From an uncultured Acidobacteriota bacterium (lineage in GTDB: Bacteria; Acidobacteriota; Thermoanaerobaculia; UBA5066; Gp7-AA6), in the NCBI GenBank assembly GCA_963764715.1, contig CAVXTP010000021.1, positions 64,001 to 128,000 on the forward strand: a stretch of DNA of 64,000 nt, written 5' to 3'. A program made the translations under genes and the position numbers. Below are positions 9,705 to 22,351 of the stretch, in pieces. Numbering within the stretch: the first letter of the stretch is position 1; the number at the start of each line of letters is the position of its first letter. The notes beneath the pieces were generated by a model. The model ran no database searches and was not told the DNA's origin. It was given only the letters and a program-made list of their open reading frames with translations.

Positions 9705-10736
9705 TTGTCCGCCGAAAACGGGCCGTCGTCCGGCCCGGGCCCGTTTCGCCCGGCCGCCTGGCTTCCCGGTCCCCACCTGCAGACCGTCTGGGGAAGGCTG
9801 GCGCGCTCGCGCCGGCAGGTCGCTTTGCGCCGGGAGGTCCTCGAAACGCCGGACGGCGACGACCTGGTGGTCGACCACGTCGACGGACCGGCGGGAACCC
9901 CGCGGGGGATCGTGCTCCACGGCCTCGAGGGCAGCTCCTATTCGGTCTACGCGCAGGGCCTTCTCCTCGAGATGCGCCGGCGGGGCTGGCGCGGGACGGC
10001 GATGAACTTTCGATCGTGTGCCCGCGATCCCGCCGACCTCGAGCGGATGCTCCCGAACCGCCGCCCGCGTCTGTACCATTCCGGCGAAACGCAGGACCTC
10101 GACTTCCTCGTCCGCACGCTCGCCGCGCGCGACCCGGCGGCGCCGCTCTTCGCGGTCGGCGTGTCGCTCGGCGGCAACGTGCTGCTCAAGTGGCTCGGCG
10201 AAGCTCGTCCGCCCCGTCCGATCGCGGCGGCGGTCGCGATCTCGACGCCCTACGATCTGGCGGCGAGCGCCCGGCAGCTCGACACGGTGCTCGGGCGCGC
10301 GTATACGGCCGGATTCCTCTCGACGCTCAAAGGAAAGGCGGTCGACGTCCGCCGCCGCTTTCCGGAGGCCGCCGGATCGATCGACCTGCCCCGGGCCCTC
10401 GCGGCCCGCACGTTCTGGGAGTTCGACGACGCGGCCAACGCGCCCCTCCACGGGTTCGAGGGGGCCGACGACTACTATCGCCGCGCGAGCTCGCTCGGAT
10501 ACCTGCCGGGGATCGAGGCGCCGACGCTTTGCCTTTCGGCCGCCGACGATCCCTTCCTCCCCGCGGAGGCGCTCGAGCGGGCGCGCCGGGCCGCGCCGCC
10601 CTCCGTCGAGTTCGCCGTCACGCCGCGCGGCGGCCACATCGGCTTCGTCTCCGGCCGGGCGCCGTGGGACGCGCGCTACTGGGCGGAGGGGTTCGCGATC
10701 GACTGGGTCGCACGGACCCTGCGCGACTCGCGCTGA
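9705..10736 (+). CDS. YheT-family alpha/beta hydrolase
   Basis: HLQT, HGLEGS, YHSGET, GVSLGG nucleophile, DDPF, GGHIGF. Start at TTG 9705 after GAGGAAGG is inferred. Confidence 0.88.
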   Translation: MSAENGPSSGPGPFRPAAWLPGPHLQTVWGRLARSRRQVALRREVLETPDGDDLVVDHVDGPAGTPRGIVLHGLEGSSYSVYAQGLLLEMRRRGWRGTAMNFRSCARDPADLERMLPNRRPRLYHSGETQDLDFLVRTLAARDPAAPLFAVGVSLGGNVLLKWLGEARPPRPIAAAVAISTPYDLAASARQLDTVLGRAYTAGFLSTLKGKAVDVRRRFPEAAGSIDLPRALAARTFWEFDDAANAPLHGFEGADDYYRRASSLGYLPGIEAPTLCLSAADDPFLPAEALERARRAAPPSVEFAVTPRGGHIGFVSGRAPWDARYWAEGFAIDWVARTLRDSR

Positions 10737-10740
10737 ATGG

Positions 10741-10769
10741 AAAAGCCGGGGGCCCCATGCCCCCGGCTT
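10741..10769. terminator. Intrinsic terminator hairpin between convergent genes
   Basis: AAAAGCCGGGGGC-CCCAT-GCCCCCGGCTT. Confidence 0.65.
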
Positions 10770-10807
10770 GCGATCGACGAAGAAGTCCTACGAAGCCTGG
10801 TGACGGT

Positions 10808-11164
10808 TTAGTAGGGCTTCTTCGCGCTGGTCGCGTCGATCGATGTCGCGACCGTGCGGCCGCCCTGCTCGCTCGACTCGATGGAGACGAGGGAGCCGAC
10901 CTTGAGGTCGCCGTTCAGCTTGGTCGAGCCGGTCCAGTAAACCGTGACTTCCTTGCCGCTGGCCTCGTCCTTCATGACGAAGCTCTTCGAGGTGTTGTCG
11001 ACCGAGGTGATCGACCCGCGCATCGTCCTGGCGGGCGCCTGCGTCGACTGTGAAGACTGGACGGCCTGCGGATCCTGCGGATCGCGCGGCTTGTCCTGAG
11101 GCGTGGCCACGGCTGCCGCCGCGATGGCGGAAGCGATTGCCGCAGAAAGGAACATTTTCTTCAT
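10808..11164 (-). CDS. Secreted small beta-rich protein (DUF5666-like), function unknown
   Basis: MKKMFLSAAIASAIAAAAVA signal peptide; AAAGGAGG SD; RGSITSVD...DLKVGSLVSI. Confidence 0.7.
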   Translation of the reverse strand: MKKMFLSAAIASAIAAAAVATPQDKPRDPQDPQAVQSSQSTQAPARTMRGSITSVDNTSKSFVMKDEASGKEVTVYWTGSTKLNGDLKVGSLVSIESSEQGGRTVATSIDATSAKKPY

Positions 11165-11222
11165 CGAAACCTCCTTTGGACAGGTGTCCTCACCGAGAGG
11201 CACCTGAGAGAGAGATTTCAAC

Positions 11223-11238
11223 TGCAATCGGCGGGCCA
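11223..11238 (-). promoter_or_regulatory. sigma54 -24/-12 promoter
   Basis: TGGCCC-GCCGA-TTGCA upstream of the gene starting at 11164; IHF-like AATCAAACGGTTC at 11276-11288. Confidence 0.65.
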
Positions 11239-11277
11239 GCGAGGCCGGACGCCGACCGCCGGCGAGGTGTGACGAAA

Positions 11278-12546
11278 TCAAACGGTTCCGGCCGCGGGCT
11301 TGCGCCGGGGCGCGCGGCGGCGCGGGGCCTGGACGAACTGCTCGGCCGTGACGTCGGTGTGGATGACGGTGCCGCGGCGGACGGTGGCGCCGTCCGGGAT
11401 CTCCGCGTTCTTGCCGATCGTCGTGATGCCGAGCCCCTCGGCCGGCCGCTCCCCGCGCGCGAACTTGCCGACGCGGGCCCGCCGCCCGATCCGCACGGTC
11501 TTGTCCACGATCGCGCGCTCGATCTTTGCCCCGGCGTCGATCCAGGTGTCGGTCAGGATGACCGACTCGCGGATCCAGGCGTCCGGGCCGACGAAGACGC
11601 CGGGGGAGAGGATGCTTCGTTCGACGCGCGCCCCCGCCGAGATGATGCAGCCGTCGGTGATCATGCTGTCGCGGATCACGGCCCCGTTGTGGATCGAGAC
11701 GGGCGGGCGCTCCTCCGACCGCGTGTGGACGATCCAGGCGCGGTCGTTGAGGTCGACGGGCGGCGGCGTCTTCAGGAGGTCCATCTGCGTTTGCCAGTAG
11801 GCCTCGGTCGTCCCGACGTCCACCCAGTAGCCCTGGAAGGGATAGGCGAAGACCCGCTGCCCGGCCGAGATCATGCGGGGAAGGATGTCCTTGCCGAAGT
11901 CGTGCGTCGAGTCGCGGCGCTTGGAGTCCTCCGTCAGGACCTGCGCGAGCATCGTGCGGCCGAAGACGTAGATGCCCATCGACGCCAGCGTCCCGGGCGG
12001 ATCGGCCGGCTTCTCGACGAAGCGGGTGACGCGCTGGTTCTCGTCGGTCGAGAGGATGCCCATGCGCGTGGCCTCGTCGCGCGTCACGTTGAGCGTTGCG
12101 ATCGTGCAGTCGGCCTGCTTCTCGAGATGGAACGCGACGAGCCACCCGTAGTTCATCTTGTAGATGTGGTCGCCGGACAGGACGAGGATCAGGTCCGGCG
12201 AGCCGCGCTCCACGAACGACAGGTTCTGGGCGATGGCGTCGGCCGTGCCCTTGTACCAGTCGGTGACGGAGCGTCCGCGGTAGGGCTGGTAGATCTGGAC
12301 GCCGCCGGTGAACCCGCGGTCGAGGTCCCACGGCCGACCCGAGGCGATGTGCTCGTTCAGGGAGTGCGGCCGGTACTGGGTCAGGATCATGACGTCCGAG
12401 ATCCCGGAATTCACGCAGTTGGAGAGCGTGAAGTCGATGATCCGGTACTTGCCCGCGAAGGGCACGGCGGGCTTGGCGCGCTTCTCGGTCAGCACGCCGA
12501 GGCGCGAGCCTTCGCCGCCGGCGAGGATCACCGCCCGGGCCCTCAT
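11278..12546 (-). CDS. glgC: Glucose-1-phosphate adenylyltransferase
   Basis: [53 protein letters not shown]. Confidence 0.96.
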   Translation of the reverse strand: MRARAVILAGGEGSRLGVLTEKRAKPAVPFAGKYRIIDFTLSNCVNSGISDVMILTQYRPHSLNEHIASGRPWDLDRGFTGGVQIYQPYRGRSVTDWYKGTADAIAQNLSFVERGSPDLILVLSGDHIYKMNYGWLVAFHLEKQADCTIATLNVTRDEATRMGILSTDENQRVTRFVEKPADPPGTLASMGIYVFGRTMLAQVLTEDSKRRDSTHDFGKDILPRMISAGQRVFAYPFQGYWVDVGTTEAYWQTQMDLLKTPPPVDLNDRAWIVHTRSEERPPVSIHNGAVIRDSMITDGCIISAGARVERSILSPGVFVGPDAWIRESVILTDTWIDAGAKIERAIVDKTVRIGRRARVGKFARGERPAEGLGITTIGKNAEIPDGATVRRGTVIHTDVTAEQFVQAPRRRAPRRKPAAGTV

Positions 12547-12556
12547 CGGCTTCGGT

Positions 12557-13993
12557 CTACCCCGGCGCGCGCGCGGCCCGGGCGCGCTCGTACAGGGCCG
12601 CGTACTCCTTCGCCGAGCGCGACCAGGAGAAGTCGCGGGCCATGCCGTTCTTCTGGAGCTCGAGCCATCGGGCCGGCTGAGCGTACACCTTCAACGCGCG
12701 TTCGAGGGCGTCCCAGAGCGCCCAGGGATGGAATTCGTCGAACATCACCCCGGTCCCGCCGGGATCGCCGGCGTCGGTCACCGTGTCGGCCAGCCCGCCC
12801 GTGCGGCGGGCGATCGGGACGCAGCCGTACCGCATGCCGATCATCTGCGCGAGGCCGCAGGGCTCGTAGCGCGACGGGATCAGAAGCGCGTCGGCGCCCG
12901 CGTAGACGCGGCGCGCGTACCGGGCGTCGAAGCGCAGGCGGACGCTGGCGCGCCGGGGGTAGCGCATCTCGAACTCGGCGTACTCGTGCTCGAGGCCCGG
13001 GTCCCCCGTCCCGAGCAGCACGAACTGGCCGCCGCGCTCGAGCCAGCGGCGCACGGCGGGAGCGGCGACGTCGAACCCCTTCTCCTTGACGAGCCGCGAG
13101 ACGACCGCGAGGAGGGGCATCCGCGGGTCCTTCTCGAGACCCGCCTCGTCCTGGAGCGCCGCCTTGTTCCCGACCCGCGCCGCGAGCGTCGCGGAGTCGA
13201 AGTGGACCGCGATGTCGGGGTCCGTGGACGGGTCCCAGGATTCGACGTCGATGCCGTTCAGGATCCCGGAGAGCCGGTCCGCCCGCAGGCGAAGGACGGC
13301 GTCGAGCCCGTGACCGCCCTCGGGCGAGAGGATCTCGCGGGCGTAGGTCGGCGAGACCGTGGAGAGGTAGTCGGCGCCGAGGATGCCGAGCGCCATCAGG
13401 GAGTCCCGGTAGCCCGCGGGCAGCGCGTTGAGCGCGTCGTTGAGGCGAAGCTTGTATTCCCCGAGGTACCGGCCGGCGCCCTGGGCCGCGTACGGAAGGT
13501 TGTGGATCGTGAAGACCGAGCCGACGTCGCGGAAGAACGGGTTCTCGCGCCCCTCCGTCCCCAGCCACCAGACCGCCGGCCCGGTGTGCGAGTCGTGCGC
13601 GTGGACGACGTCCGGCTTCCACGAGGTCGCTTCCGCCGACCACAGCGCGGCGAGGGAGAAGAAGACGAACTTCGGCCCGTCCTCCTCGATCGAGCGCCCG
13701 TAGATCCAGCGGTCCTGGGGGATCGGGGGACCCGTCACGAGGTAGACGGGCGTGCCGCCGGACTCCGTCTGCCAGACGTCGGCGCGCTCCTCTCCGCCGA
13801 GCGTGTAGACCGGGAACTGCGCCACGCGCAGGGGTTCGTAGCGCGCCCAGTCGATCGCACCGTAGCCGGGGATGGCGACGCGGACCTCGTGGCCGAGGGC
13901 GGCGAGCGCGCGCGGGAGCGAACCGACGACGTCCGCGAGCCCGCCGACCTTGGCCAGCGGCGCTGCTTCGGCCGCCAGCATCAGGATCCGCAC
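12557..13993 (-). CDS. glgA: Glycogen synthase
   Basis: [42 protein letters not shown]. Start at GTG 13993, preceded by CATAAT-N6. Confidence 0.95.
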   Translation of the reverse strand: MRILMLAAEAAPLAKVGGLADVVGSLPRALAALGHEVRVAIPGYGAIDWARYEPLRVAQFPVYTLGGEERADVWQTESGGTPVYLVTGPPIPQDRWIYGRSIEEDGPKFVFFSLAALWSAEATSWKPDVVHAHDSHTGPAVWWLGTEGRENPFFRDVGSVFTIHNLPYAAQGAGRYLGEYKLRLNDALNALPAGYRDSLMALGILGADYLSTVSPTYAREILSPEGGHGLDAVLRLRADRLSGILNGIDVESWDPSTDPDIAVHFDSATLAARVGNKAALQDEAGLEKDPRMPLLAVVSRLVKEKGFDVAAPAVRRWLERGGQFVLLGTGDPGLEHEYAEFEMRYPRRASVRLRFDARYARRVYAGADALLIPSRYEPCGLAQMIGMRYGCVPIARRTGGLADTVTDAGDPGGTGVMFDEFHPWALWDALERALKVYAQPARWLELQKNGMARDFSWSRSAKEYAALYERARAARAPG

Positions 13994-14192
13994 GGGGCAA
14001 TTATGGCCCACCCCCCGGCGTCCGGCCGGGCGCGCCCCGCATGCTATGCTTTCATCTGTTCTCGTCCGCTCGCCCCATTCCGGGCCCCTGCCCGAATCCC
14101 GAACGGTACGAAGCGAGAAGGCGTGAGGGCGTTCGGCGGGCCCTCCCGTCCGAACATCGCCGAGGGTTCGGAGCATTCGAAAGGGCAGAGTG

Positions 14193-14504
14193 ATGAAGCT
14201 GTACGTGGGCAACCTTTCCTACAACGCGGGCGAAAACGACCTCCGGGAGCTCTTTTCGGCCTACGGGACCGTGGATTCCGTCGCCGTGATCACCGATCGC
14301 GACACCGGCCGCTCGAAGGGCTTCGGGTTCGTCGAGTTCGGCAACGACGCCGAGGCCCAGGCCGCGATCGCCGGCCTGAACGGCAAGGAAGTCTCGGGAC
14401 GCGCGCTGACGGTTTCGCCCGCCCGCCCGAAGAGCGAGGGCGGCGGGGGCGGCGGACGCGGCGGGTACGGCGGCGGCGGCGGCGGGCGGGGAAACCGTTA
14501 TTGA
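14193..14504 (+). CDS. RRM-domain RNA-binding protein with Gly-rich tail
   Basis: RNP2 KLYVGNL, RNP1 [15 protein letters not shown] tail. Confidence 0.93.
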   Translation: MKLYVGNLSYNAGENDLRELFSAYGTVDSVAVITDRDTGRSKGFGFVEFGNDAEAQAAIAGLNGKEVSGRALTVSPARPKSEGGGGGGRGGYGGGGGGRGNRY

Positions 14505-14547
14505 GTCGCGAACGCGGCACGGCCAACTTCGGCCGGGGAGTGTCCCG

Positions 14548-14850
14548 ATGAACCATGATTGGAAGATTCGAGTCCAGGCGGCCGGGCGGACTCCGTACGT
14601 CTTCAAGGCGACGTTCGTGGGGCGCAACTCGGGCCGGGACGAAGGCTCGCTCGACGTCCGTTATCTCTACGGCGACGGCGACCTCGCGGTCCTGCTCGAG
14701 GACCTGGGCGCCCGCGTGCCCGAGATCTGCGGCCTGATCGACGAGCTCCAGGAGAAGCCGAGCGCGGAGATCGCCGTGGACGTGACCGAAGAAGCGATGG
14801 AGATGCTGGCGAAGGGCCGGTTTCCGGGTCGACGGGAAGGACAGGCGTGA
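14548..14850 (+). CDS. Hypothetical protein
   Basis: GGGGAG SD; stop overlaps the desaturase GTG; coding-like composition. Confidence 0.6.
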   Translation: MNHDWKIRVQAAGRTPYVFKATFVGRNSGRDEGSLDVRYLYGDGDLAVLLEDLGARVPEICGLIDELQEKPSAEIAVDVTEEAMEMLAKGRFPGRREGQA

Positions 14851-15929
14851 ACGAGCGTAAGAAAGACTGGGTCCGGATCGCGTTCTTCGTCCTGTCTCCG
14901 GTCGTCGGCATTCTGGGAACGGCCGCCTGGGCCCTGACGCACGGGATCGCCTGGTGGCAGCCGGCGCTCTTCTTCGTGCTCTACGCCTGCGTCGGCGTCT
15001 CGGTGACCGCCGGCTACCACCGGCTCTTCGCGCACCGGACCTACGAGTGTCATCCGGCCGTCCAGGCCTTCTACCTGTTCTTCGGCGCCATGGCGCTCCA
15101 GAACTCGATCCTGAACTGGGCCTCCGACCACCGCCTGCACCATCGTTACGTCGACCACGACTGGGACCCCTACAACATCCAGCGGGGCGGCTGGTGGGCG
15201 CACATCGTGTGGATCTTCTACAAGAGCCCGGCCGACCGGACCTTCGAGGACGTCCCGGACCTGCAGAAGAACCCGCTCGTGCGGCTCCAGTACCGGTTCT
15301 CGAACCTGATCGGCATCGGGTTCGGACTCGGGATCCCGACGCTCATCGGCTGGGCGTTCGGCGATCCGCTCGGCGGCCTGCTCTGGGGAGGGTTCCTCCG
15401 GGTCGTCGTGATTCACCACACGACGTTCTTCGTCAACTCGATCGCCCATCTGTACGGCACGCGCCCCTACACCGAGGAGAACTCGGCGCGGGACAACCCT
15501 TGGGTGGCGCTCGTGACCAACGGCGAGGGGTACCACAACTTCCACCACCGGTTCCCGACCGACTTCCGCAACGGCCTGCGCTGGTACCAGTGGGACCCGA
15601 GCAAGTGGTGGATCCGCGGCCTGGCCGCCCTCCGGCTGGCCCGCCGGCTCCGCCGCACGCCCGCCCTGGTGATCGAGCGCTCGCGCCTCCAGACGGCGAT
15701 GGGCCGGGCCGAGAAGGAGCTCGTCGCGGCGCCGTCGCACCTTGCCGAGGCGATCCGGCAGCGGCTCGAGTCGGCGCACCACTCGCTCGAGCGCGCGGCG
15801 GCGCTGTGGAACGAGGCCTCCGAGAAGCGGCGCAAGGACTGGAAAGAATACCGGGAGCATCTCGCGCTCGCACGCGGTCACTGGCGCGCGGCGCTTCGTC
15901 TGCTCGGCCGAGCTCCCGAAGGGGCGTAA
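14847..15929 (+). CDS. Delta-9-type membrane fatty acid desaturase
   Basis: His boxes GYHRLFAH, HRLHH, EGYHNFHH; TM helices; WDPSKW. Confidence 0.93.
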   Translation: MNERKKDWVRIAFFVLSPVVGILGTAAWALTHGIAWWQPALFFVLYACVGVSVTAGYHRLFAHRTYECHPAVQAFYLFFGAMALQNSILNWASDHRLHHRYVDHDWDPYNIQRGGWWAHIVWIFYKSPADRTFEDVPDLQKNPLVRLQYRFSNLIGIGFGLGIPTLIGWAFGDPLGGLLWGGFLRVVVIHHTTFFVNSIAHLYGTRPYTEENSARDNPWVALVTNGEGYHNFHHRFPTDFRNGLRWYQWDPSKWWIRGLAALRLARRLRRTPALVIERSRLQTAMGRAEKELVAAPSHLAEAIRQRLESAHHSLERAAALWNEASEKRRKDWKEYREHLALARGHWRAALRLLGRAPEGA

Positions 15930-15992
15930 CCGCCGCGTGAGGTCCTTCCTTGAACGGGAAGGGAACGACACGGGCCCTGCCGGGGCGGTTCC

Positions 15993-16469
15993 TCAGGCCT
16001 GGGGCGAGTAGGTCGGCAGGGACATCGAGCCCGCGCGCCAGTCGTTCATCTCGGGCTCGCTCCGCAGCAGGTCCTTCAGCGTGATCTTGCCGAGGACCTC
16101 GTCGACGGCCGTCTGGACGCGCCGCCAGACCGAGCGGATCGAGCAGTCCGGCATGTGGGTGCAGAGCCGCTCGAGACCGGAATGCCCGTCGCAGAACGTC
16201 GGCTCGTAGAGACGGCCGCCCAGGGTCGCGAGCACGTGGCCGACGACGATCTCCTCGGCCGGACGGGAGAGGGCGTAGCCGCCCGACTGGCCCCGGGTCG
16301 AGGTGACGAAGCCGCCGCGCCGCAGGATGCGCATCATCTTCGCGACGTTCGGCTCGGAGATCCCCTCGGCCCGCGAGAGCTCGGGGATCGTGAGGCTGGC
16401 GCCGCCGCCTCCGCGGCCCACCCGGAGGAGGCACCGCAGACCGTACTCTTCCTGCGAAGTCAGTTTCAT
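15993..16469 (-). CDS. Rrf2/IscR-family regulator
   Basis: EEYGLR, STRGQSGGY wing; three C-terminal Cys as likely Fe-S ligands; last gene of the suf operon. Confidence 0.9.
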   Translation of the reverse strand: MKLTSQEEYGLRCLLRVGRGGGGASLTIPELSRAEGISEPNVAKMMRILRRGGFVTSTRGQSGGYALSRPAEEIVVGHVLATLGGRLYEPTFCDGHSGLERLCTHMPDCSIRSVWRRVQTAVDEVLGKITLKDLLRSEPEMNDWRAGSMSLPTYSPQA

Positions 16470-16485
16470 GCCGCGCGTGCTCCGA

Positions 16486-17031
16486 TCACATCATTCCGAG
16501 CTGCAGCTTGGCCGCGTCCGACATCATCTGGAGGCCCCACGGCGGATCGAAGACGACCTGGACGTCCGCCTCGGCGATGCCGGGCACCGTCAGGAGCTTT
16601 CCCTTGATGTCCTCGCGGAGAACGTCGCCCATGCCGCAGCCGGGCGCCGTGAGCGTGAACTTGACGTCGATCCGGTGGCCGCCGTCTTCCCGCGGCGCCA
16701 GCGCGAGGGCGTAGACGAGGCCGAGGTCCACGATGTTGACCGGGATCTCGGGGTCGAAACACGTGCGGAGCTGGTCCCAGGCGAGCTCCTCCGTGGTCTT
16801 GCCCTCGGAGGCGGCGGCGTCCGGGGCGACGACGGTCTCGCCGATCGCGTCCGCGTCCTTGCCGTCCACGCGGGCGAGGAACCCCACCGGCGTCATGACG
16901 GTGTAGCTGCCGCCGAGCGACTGGGTGATGATGACCGGGTCCCCGGCCTTCAGCGTGATCGGCGTTCCGCTCGGGATCTCCCGCGCGGGAACGTCGCGCG
17001 AGACGGTGGCTTCTTTTCGCATCTGCATCAT
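16486..17031 (-). CDS. sufT: Fe-S cluster assembly protein SufT (DUF59)
   Basis: ITQSLGGSYTV; DPEIPVNIVDLGLVY; TLTAPGCGMG; FDPPW. Confidence 0.88.
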   Translation of the reverse strand: MMQMRKEATVSRDVPAREIPSGTPITLKAGDPVIITQSLGGSYTVMTPVGFLARVDGKDADAIGETVVAPDAAASEGKTTEELAWDQLRTCFDPEIPVNIVDLGLVYALALAPREDGGHRIDVKFTLTAPGCGMGDVLREDIKGKLLTVPGIAEADVQVVFDPPWGLQMMSDAAKLQLGMM

Positions 17032-17516
17032 GCCCCTCCGCTGCCCGTGTGCGGGCCCTCGGACTCGGTCGACACCGTGGCGCCGTCGCTCGCGAGCGCG
17101 GCCTTCAGCGTGTGCCACGGCAGCGTCGCGCACTTGACCCGCACGGGGTACTCACGCACGCCCGAGAACACCTCGAGCTTGCCGAGGTCGGGCGCCCCGT
17201 CGGCCTGGCCGTGCTGCCCCGTGATGAGGTCGTGGAACCGCTCGAAGAGGGCCTCGGCCTCGGCGCGCGTCTTGCCCTTCACGCTCTCGGTCATCATCGA
17301 GGCCGAGGCGGTCGAGATCGCGCACCCGGCGCCCTGGAAGGCCACCTCGCGCAGCCGGTCGCCGTCGAGCTTGAGGTACACCGTCTCCCGGTCGCCGCAG
17401 AGCGGGTTGTACCCCTCGGCCTGGCGGTTCGCGCCGGCGAGGGCGTGGAAGTTCCGCGGCCGCTTGCTGTGGTCGAGGATGACTTCCTGGTACAGGTCGC
17501 GCAGGTCGGACGACAT
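17028..17516 (-). CDS. sufU: SUF system NifU-family protein
   Basis: LYQEVILDH, NPLCGD, GCAISTASAS, RVKCATLPW. Confidence 0.94.
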   Translation of the reverse strand: MSSDLRDLYQEVILDHSKRPRNFHALAGANRQAEGYNPLCGDRETVYLKLDGDRLREVAFQGAGCAISTASASMMTESVKGKTRAEAEALFERFHDLITGQHGQADGAPDLGKLEVFSGVREYPVRVKCATLPWHTLKAALASDGATVSTESEGPHTGSGGA

Positions 17517-18763
17517 CAGCGGAACATCCCGATGACTTTGTGGATCGCCGCGGCGAGGGCATCGACCTCGCCGCGCGTGTTGTAGAGGCCGAAGGACGCC
17601 CGCGCGGTCGCCGGGATGCCGTAGCGGTCCATGACGGGCTGCGCGCAGTGGTGGCCGGTCCGGATCGCCACACCCTCGCGGTCGAGCACCGTGCCGATGT
17701 CGTGGGGGTGGATGCCGTCGAGCACGAACGACAGGACGCCCGCCTTCTCGCGGGCCGTGCCCACGACGCGCAGGCCCGGGATCGCGGAGAGGGCGTCGGT
17801 CGCGTACGTCAGGAGCTCCCGCTCGTGCGCCTCGATCGCCGGCAGGCCGAGCGCCCCGACGTAGTCGAGCGCGGCGCCGAAGGCGATCCCTCCCGCGATG
17901 TTGGGCGTGCCGGCCTCGAACTTGTAGGGCAGCTCGTTGTACGTCGTCTTCTCGAAGGTCACGGAACGGATCATGTCGCCGCCGCCCTGGTACGGCGGCA
18001 TCGACTCGAGGAGCGCGGTCTTGCCGTAGAGCACGCCGACGCCCGTCGGACCGTAGATCTTGTGGCTCGACAACGCGTAGAAGTCGCAGTCGAGGGCGCG
18101 CACGTCGACCGGCATCCGCGGGGCCGCCTGCGCGCCGTCGACGAAGACCACGGCACCGGCGGAGTGGGCGAGCTCCGCGATCCTCCGGACGGGGAGGATC
18201 GTGCCGAGGGCGTTCGAGAGATGGGCGACCGACACGATCTTCGTGCGCGGCGAAAGGAGCTTTTCGAAGGCCGCGAGGTCGACCTCGCCCTCCTCCGTGA
18301 TCGGCGCGACGGCGAGCCGGGCGCCCGTCTCCTCGCAGAGCATCTGCCAGGGGACGATGTTCGAGTGGTGCTCGAGGCCCGTGATCAGGACCTCGTCCCC
18401 GGCGCGCACCCGGCGCCGGCCGAGCGTCTGCGCCACGAGGTTGACGGCCTCGGTCGTTCCCCGGACGAACACGATCTCGTGCGCGGCGGCGGCGTTCACG
18501 AACGCCCGCGCCTTCTCGCGCGCGGCGTCGTAGGCGTCGGTCGCCTGGACCGAGAGCCAGTGCACGCCGCGGTGGATGTTGGCGTAGCAGGTCTCGTAGA
18601 CCCGGCGCTCGGCGTCGATCACGGCCGAGGGCTTCTGAGCGGAGGCGGCGTTGTCGAGGTAGACGAGGGGCTTCCCGTAGACCTTCGTCGCGAGGATCGG
18701 AAAGTCGCGCCGGACCGTCGCGACGTCGTAGGCGGTGGCGGCTTCGCGGACGGCGGTGCTCAT
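17516..18763 (-). CDS. sufS: Cysteine desulfurase
   Basis: YLDNAASAQKP, EHHSNIVPW, SSHKIYGP (PLP Lys), RTGHHCAQP. Confidence 0.96.
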   Translation of the reverse strand: MSTAVREAATAYDVATVRRDFPILATKVYGKPLVYLDNAASAQKPSAVIDAERRVYETCYANIHRGVHWLSVQATDAYDAAREKARAFVNAAAAHEIVFVRGTTEAVNLVAQTLGRRRVRAGDEVLITGLEHHSNIVPWQMLCEETGARLAVAPITEEGEVDLAAFEKLLSPRTKIVSVAHLSNALGTILPVRRIAELAHSAGAVVFVDGAQAAPRMPVDVRALDCDFYALSSHKIYGPTGVGVLYGKTALLESMPPYQGGGDMIRSVTFEKTTYNELPYKFEAGTPNIAGGIAFGAALDYVGALGLPAIEAHERELLTYATDALSAIPGLRVVGTAREKAGVLSFVLDGIHPHDIGTVLDREGVAIRTGHHCAQPVMDRYGIPATARASFGLYNTRGEVDALAAAIHKVIGMFR

Positions 18764-19965
18764 GCGGCCTCCCCGGCCCCGGAGCCCGGCAGGCGTCGGC
18801 CGAGCTCGCGCTCGACGCGGCGCCGCACGGCGGGCACCCGGATCTTCTCGGCGACGTCGGCCGCGAAGGCCCACGTCAGGAGCGCCCTCGCCTCGGCCTC
18901 GCCGATCCCCCGCGACCGCAGGTAGAAGAGGGCGGTCGCGTCGAGCTGTCCGGTCGTCGAGCCGTGCTTGCACTTGACGTCGTCGGCGAAGATCTCGAGC
19001 GCGGGCGTCGAGTTGACGAGGGCCTCGCGCGAGAGGAGCAGGTTCTTGTTCGTCTGGACGGCGTCGGTCTTCTGGGCATCCGGCCGCACGACGATGGTCC
19101 CGTGGAAGACGCCCCGCGAGGCTCCGTCCATGATCCCCTTGTAGAGCTCGCGGCTCGTCGTGTGCGGCGTGGCGTGGTCGATGACGGTCCGGGTGTCGAG
19201 GTGCTGGCGGTCCCGCCCGACGAAGAGGCCGTTCAACGAGCACTCGGCGCCCTCGCCCGCGAGCACCGTCCCGATCTCGGTCCGCGCGAGGGCGGCGCCG
19301 AGGGCGATGTTGTGCGAGGTGAAGCGGCTGCCGCGCGCCTGGGACACGGCGAGCGCGTGCAGGTGGCGGGCCTGTCCGGATTCCTCCTGGAGCTTCGTGT
19401 GCTCCAGGATGGCGCCGGGGCCGAGCGCGATTTCCGTCACGGCGTTGGTGAAGGTCTGGCCGCCTCCGCCGTAGGTCTCGACGATGGACGCCTCGGAGCC
19501 CTCGCCCGCGATGACGAGAAGGCGCGGGTAAAGGACCTCGGGAGCGGCGGGAGCGCCGGCGTCGAAGAGGATCTCGATCGGTTCCGTGATCACGGCGCCG
19601 GGCGCGATCTCGATGGCGAGGCCTCCGGCGAAGAGCGCGGTGTTGAGCGCCGCGAACGCGCTCTTCTGGAAGTCCGCGATCCGGCCGGCGTGATCGGCGG
19701 CCGCGGCCGCCTCGGACAGCGGGACGACGCGAACGCCCGGAGGCAGCGGTGCGGTCACGCGGGGCGCGCGCTCGGCCCGCCGCCAGGCGGTTTCGGTGAT
19801 CGGCTGGAGGCCCGTGGAGCGCCACGCCTCGTCCTGCGCCGTCGGGAAGCCGAGCGCCTCGAAGCGGGCAAAGGCCTCGCGCCGCAGCGCCTGGATCCAG
19901 CCGGGCTCGCCGCCGACAGACGGCGGCTCGGGGGCGAAGGCCTTCTCGAGGGCGACCGCTTCCAT
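18760..19965 (-). CDS. sufD: Fe-S cluster assembly protein SufD
   Basis: GFPT..DEAWR, AQKTDA, PALEIFADDVKCKHG, LFYLRSRGI. Confidence 0.94.
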   Translation of the reverse strand: MEAVALEKAFAPEPPSVGGEPGWIQALRREAFARFEALGFPTAQDEAWRSTGLQPITETAWRRAERAPRVTAPLPPGVRVVPLSEAAAAADHAGRIADFQKSAFAALNTALFAGGLAIEIAPGAVITEPIEILFDAGAPAAPEVLYPRLLVIAGEGSEASIVETYGGGGQTFTNAVTEIALGPGAILEHTKLQEESGQARHLHALAVSQARGSRFTSHNIALGAALARTEIGTVLAGEGAECSLNGLFVGRDRQHLDTRTVIDHATPHTTSRELYKGIMDGASRGVFHGTIVVRPDAQKTDAVQTNKNLLLSREALVNSTPALEIFADDVKCKHGSTTGQLDATALFYLRSRGIGEAEARALLTWAFAADVAEKIRVPAVRRRVERELGRRLPGSGAGEAA

Positions 19966-19967
19966 GC

Positions 19968-20762
<795 letters not shown>

Positions 20763-20771
20763 GGGTGTCAC

Positions 20772-22220
<1,449 letters not shown>

Positions 22221-22229
22221 GACGAGAGA

Positions 22230-22264
22230 AGCATATTTAAATCTGTACAAGAAAGTCAACTTAT
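22230..22264 (-). promoter_or_regulatory. suf operon promoter overlapped by an IscR-like operator
   Basis: Minus strand ATAAGTTGACTTTCTTGTACAGATTTAAATATGCT gives TTGACT-N18-TATGCT. AT-rich island whose left half resembles IscR type-1 sites. Confidence 0.55.
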
Positions 22265-22302
22265 GGCTATGAACTAAGCCTATTGTTTACAGGCGCTTAA
22301 CT

Positions 22303-22330
22303 AAAACGCCCGCCGGGTGGCGGGCGTCTT
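22303..22330 (-). terminator. Intrinsic terminator after the DUF6600 gene
   Basis: AAA-ACGCCCGCC-GGGT-GGCGGGCGT hairpin with a T-run on the minus strand. Confidence 0.65.
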
Positions 22331-22351
22331 CGGGTCAGTCTTGCGCCGGAT

